64,000 nt of DNA from Monocercomonoides exilis PA203 (Eukaryota; Protista; Preaxostyla): positions 372,001 through 436,000 of the forward strand of contig LSRY02000056.1 in assembly GCA_001643675.2 (NCBI GenBank), read 5' to 3'. The position numbers and the translations under genes are program-made. Below, piece by piece: positions 61,886-64,000 of this stretch (position 1 is the first letter of the stretch; the number at the start of each line of letters is the position of its first letter). The notes beneath the pieces are model-generated. The model did no database searches, was not told where the DNA came from, and saw only the letters and a program-made list of their open reading frames with translations.

Positions 61886-62413
61886 TTACTTTGATTGTGC
61901 TTTTTCTTGTTTAGCTTTTCTGATAGCTTTTGGCTTTGCAGTAACTCCTGAAAAATTTCATTAAACAAACAATAAGAAAAGGCAACACAAAGAGAATTCA
62001 AACCCTCACGGAAATGATTCTTCCAACGGCGAGAAACGTCTTTAAGATAGCTCATTCTTCCTGTTCCTGTAGTTCTACGACGGTTGGCTTTCATTGACCA
62101 TCCATCTATTTTGAGTAACAAAAAAGAAAATAAAAAGTGATAAAAATTATTAAACAATTGCACATCATTAAGAATTAAATATATTAAAACAAACATTTTC
62201 TCATTTTTGGATTTGGATAGGCACATGAAGCGCAACGATGGTGCTGCAAGTGGTATGCGCGCTTTCCACATCTTGGGCACATTCCATGTGATTTACCATG
62301 ACGAGGTCCGAATGAGCTTGTTCCTTTTGTCTAATATATTTTAATATAATTATAAAGATTTCCACACAAATTGGATCGTGAGACTACGGTCAAATAAGCA
62401 AAGATCAAACCAT
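61886..62413 (-). CDS. RPL37: 60S ribosomal protein L37 (eL37), 4 exons; first coding exon is only the ATG
   Basis: M|[45 protein letters not shown]|[34 protein letters not shown]|[20 protein letters not shown]. Confidence 0.97.
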
Positions 62414-62923
62414 CTCGCTAAGACTTCCTAAATAAGATTTTTAAAATCCAACAATGATCTTGCCCATCAAACCAATCTTTTTTCTTTGAAGAGAAAAAAA
62501 TTTTAATTTGCCGAATATTTTCGTTTATAATCTCTTAATGCTGTTTCTTTTCGTTTAGTTATAATTATGTATATTTTATTAAAGAGAAAAAATATGTAGG
62601 AAATGGTGATGACTTATGTTGCTGACAATAGTATTTTTTCATATTTGGAAGCAATGTTCACTTCTCATCGTTGTCAACAAAGTGAAAATTTTTTATGTTG
62701 ATAAATTTTCTCTCCTTTCGCCGAACTGTACATCTAAATAATTGTGAACACCATCTGAATCGAGTGTTTATGTCAAATGAAGAACAAGATATGAAGCCCT
62801 AAAAAAATGTCTTTCTAAATTATCATTTTATAATTGAAATATGAATAATTGACAAAGTTCATCAACTTTCCCTGTTTTATTTGATTCAAAATAAAAATAC
62901 ATTTTTTCTTTGAAATTCACATA

Positions 62924-64000
62924 CAGTCTGTCCAAAATAAATGTTGATCTGTCCAAAAAAAATGTAGATCATCCCTCAAAATTAAAAAAAGAGATATTCC
63001 CACAATCTCTAGCTGAAATTACGAGAAAAATTCAATGCAAACTATTTCCTTTCTGGATGCGAGAACACCAAACAAAAGGATGTTATTGAGCAGCCAAGTT
63101 CCAAATATATCAGAATACAGAGTTGAATACATCGCATCGCATTTTTCACATCCTTTGGAAGAAATGATGCATGAAAATATTAGAATGAGAGCAGCTTTGA
63201 AAGAGAAGGAAGACAGAGAAAAAAAAATTGAACAATTCAGGCAGAAGGATACTGAGGTTGAAGGAAAATGCAAAAGGCCATACACTCCAGCAACTGTCGA
63301 AAAAAGAAAAAAACTTACAGATTTATTCAGAACGTATGGAAGAAGCAAGTCCGAAAGCTGGTATGCGAATGAATGTACCCTCACAAACATCACCACCAGC
63401 AGATATTTACAAAAACTGCAGATTGGTATAGACATTATTCACAACGAAAAACAAAAAGGAAGAAAAAAAATAGTGAACAATGATCGATATAAGAATCTCA
63501 TAAGACAAAAAATGAAGCAAAATCCATTAACCACACTTCGAACAATATCACACGAGCTTTCTTCAACTGGATTGCATATCTCTAAATCTACTGTGCACAA
63601 TATGCTACATGAAAAAAACAACGATACAGATTTATTCCCAATATTTTCTTTCAAGAGAATAACTGTCAGGCCAGCATTCGCAAACACCGATGAAAATAAG
63701 AAACAAAGAATTCATTTCATTGAACAATTATTTCGATACGAGAAAGATGGCGCGCTAATTTTCTACATCGATGAGACGTCGTGGAACGTCAGTTGCATCA
63801 GGAAATACGGTTGGGCAGAAAGAGGAGAAAAAGTGTTGGTTCCTCCACCTCCACTATTTCAATCTGTAACAGCTATCACGTCTATATCCATGCTTGGAAT
63901 GGGCTACACAGAAGTGATTAGAGGAACAGTCAACCACGAAGTGTTTGAAGCCTATATTAAGCGTTTTCTATTATCCATTAAAAATTACAAATCGTCTGTG
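62924..64000 (+). mobile_element. IS630-Tc1-mariner DNA transposon, left end, truncated by the window
   Basis: TA|CAGTCTGTCCAAAA terminus after TA at 62922-62923; internal repeat tctgtccaaaa..aaatgt twice; transposase ORF downstream. Confidence 0.8.
63035..64000 (+). CDS. IS630/Tc1-family (DDE_3-like) transposase, 322 codons, open at the window end
   Basis: My translation: KGRKKIV..NPLTTLRTISHELSSTGLHISKSTVHNML (HTH)..FSFKRI..IFYIDETSW (first catalytic D)..YGWAERGEK..GTVNHEVFEAYI; no stop from 63035 to 64000. Confidence 0.9.
   Translation, partial: MQTISFLDARTPNKRMLLSSQVPNISEYRVEYIASHFSHPLEEMMHENIRMRAALKEKEDREKKIEQFRQKDTEVEGKCKRPYTPATVEKRKKLTDLFRTYGRSKSESWYANECTLTNITTSRYLQKLQIGIDIIHNEKQKGRKKIVNNDRYKNLIRQKMKQNPLTTLRTISHELSSTGLHISKSTVHNMLHEKNNDTDLFPIFSFKRITVRPAFANTDENKKQRIHFIEQLFRYEKDGALIFYIDETSWNVSCIRKYGWAERGEKVLVPPPPLFQSVTAITSISMLGMGYTEVIRGTVNHEVFEAYIKRFLLSIKNYKSSV

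Overview
Eukaryotic genomic DNA: AT-rich intergenic sequence, many short GT-AG introns with mostly GTTTG/GTTTA donors, very compact spacing, poly-Ser/Glu/Gln-rich proteins and the standard genetic code. The style resembles an oxymonad such as Monocercomonoides (inference only). Housekeeping genes: p47/Shp1-type UBA-SEP-UBX, KXD1, ataxin-2/Pbp1, a large coiled-coil protein, NAA50, DCAF7/WDR68, a Ser/Thr kinase, a TBC1D15/Gyp7-like RabGAP, RPL37A and RPL37. An IS630-Tc1-mariner element runs off the right end. Main result: a Sola-like DDD DNA transposon (core about 38.6-45.1 kb) whose intron-containing transposase has an apparently intact ubiquitin-specific protease (USP, peptidase C19) domain inserted in frame between two poly-Ser linkers. 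It lies inside a 1382-bp inverted repeat with no mismatch seen by eye, at the centre of an approximately 20-kb diverged quasi-palindrome whose arms are outward-facing paralogous pseudogenes. Also notable: a probable SYCP2-like meiotic axis protein (2.7-8 kb), a structured GC-rich segment after the transposase, a second degenerate inverted-repeat-bounded island (28.3-31.6 kb), and a candidate TGGG-Nx-GATC core-promoter motif.
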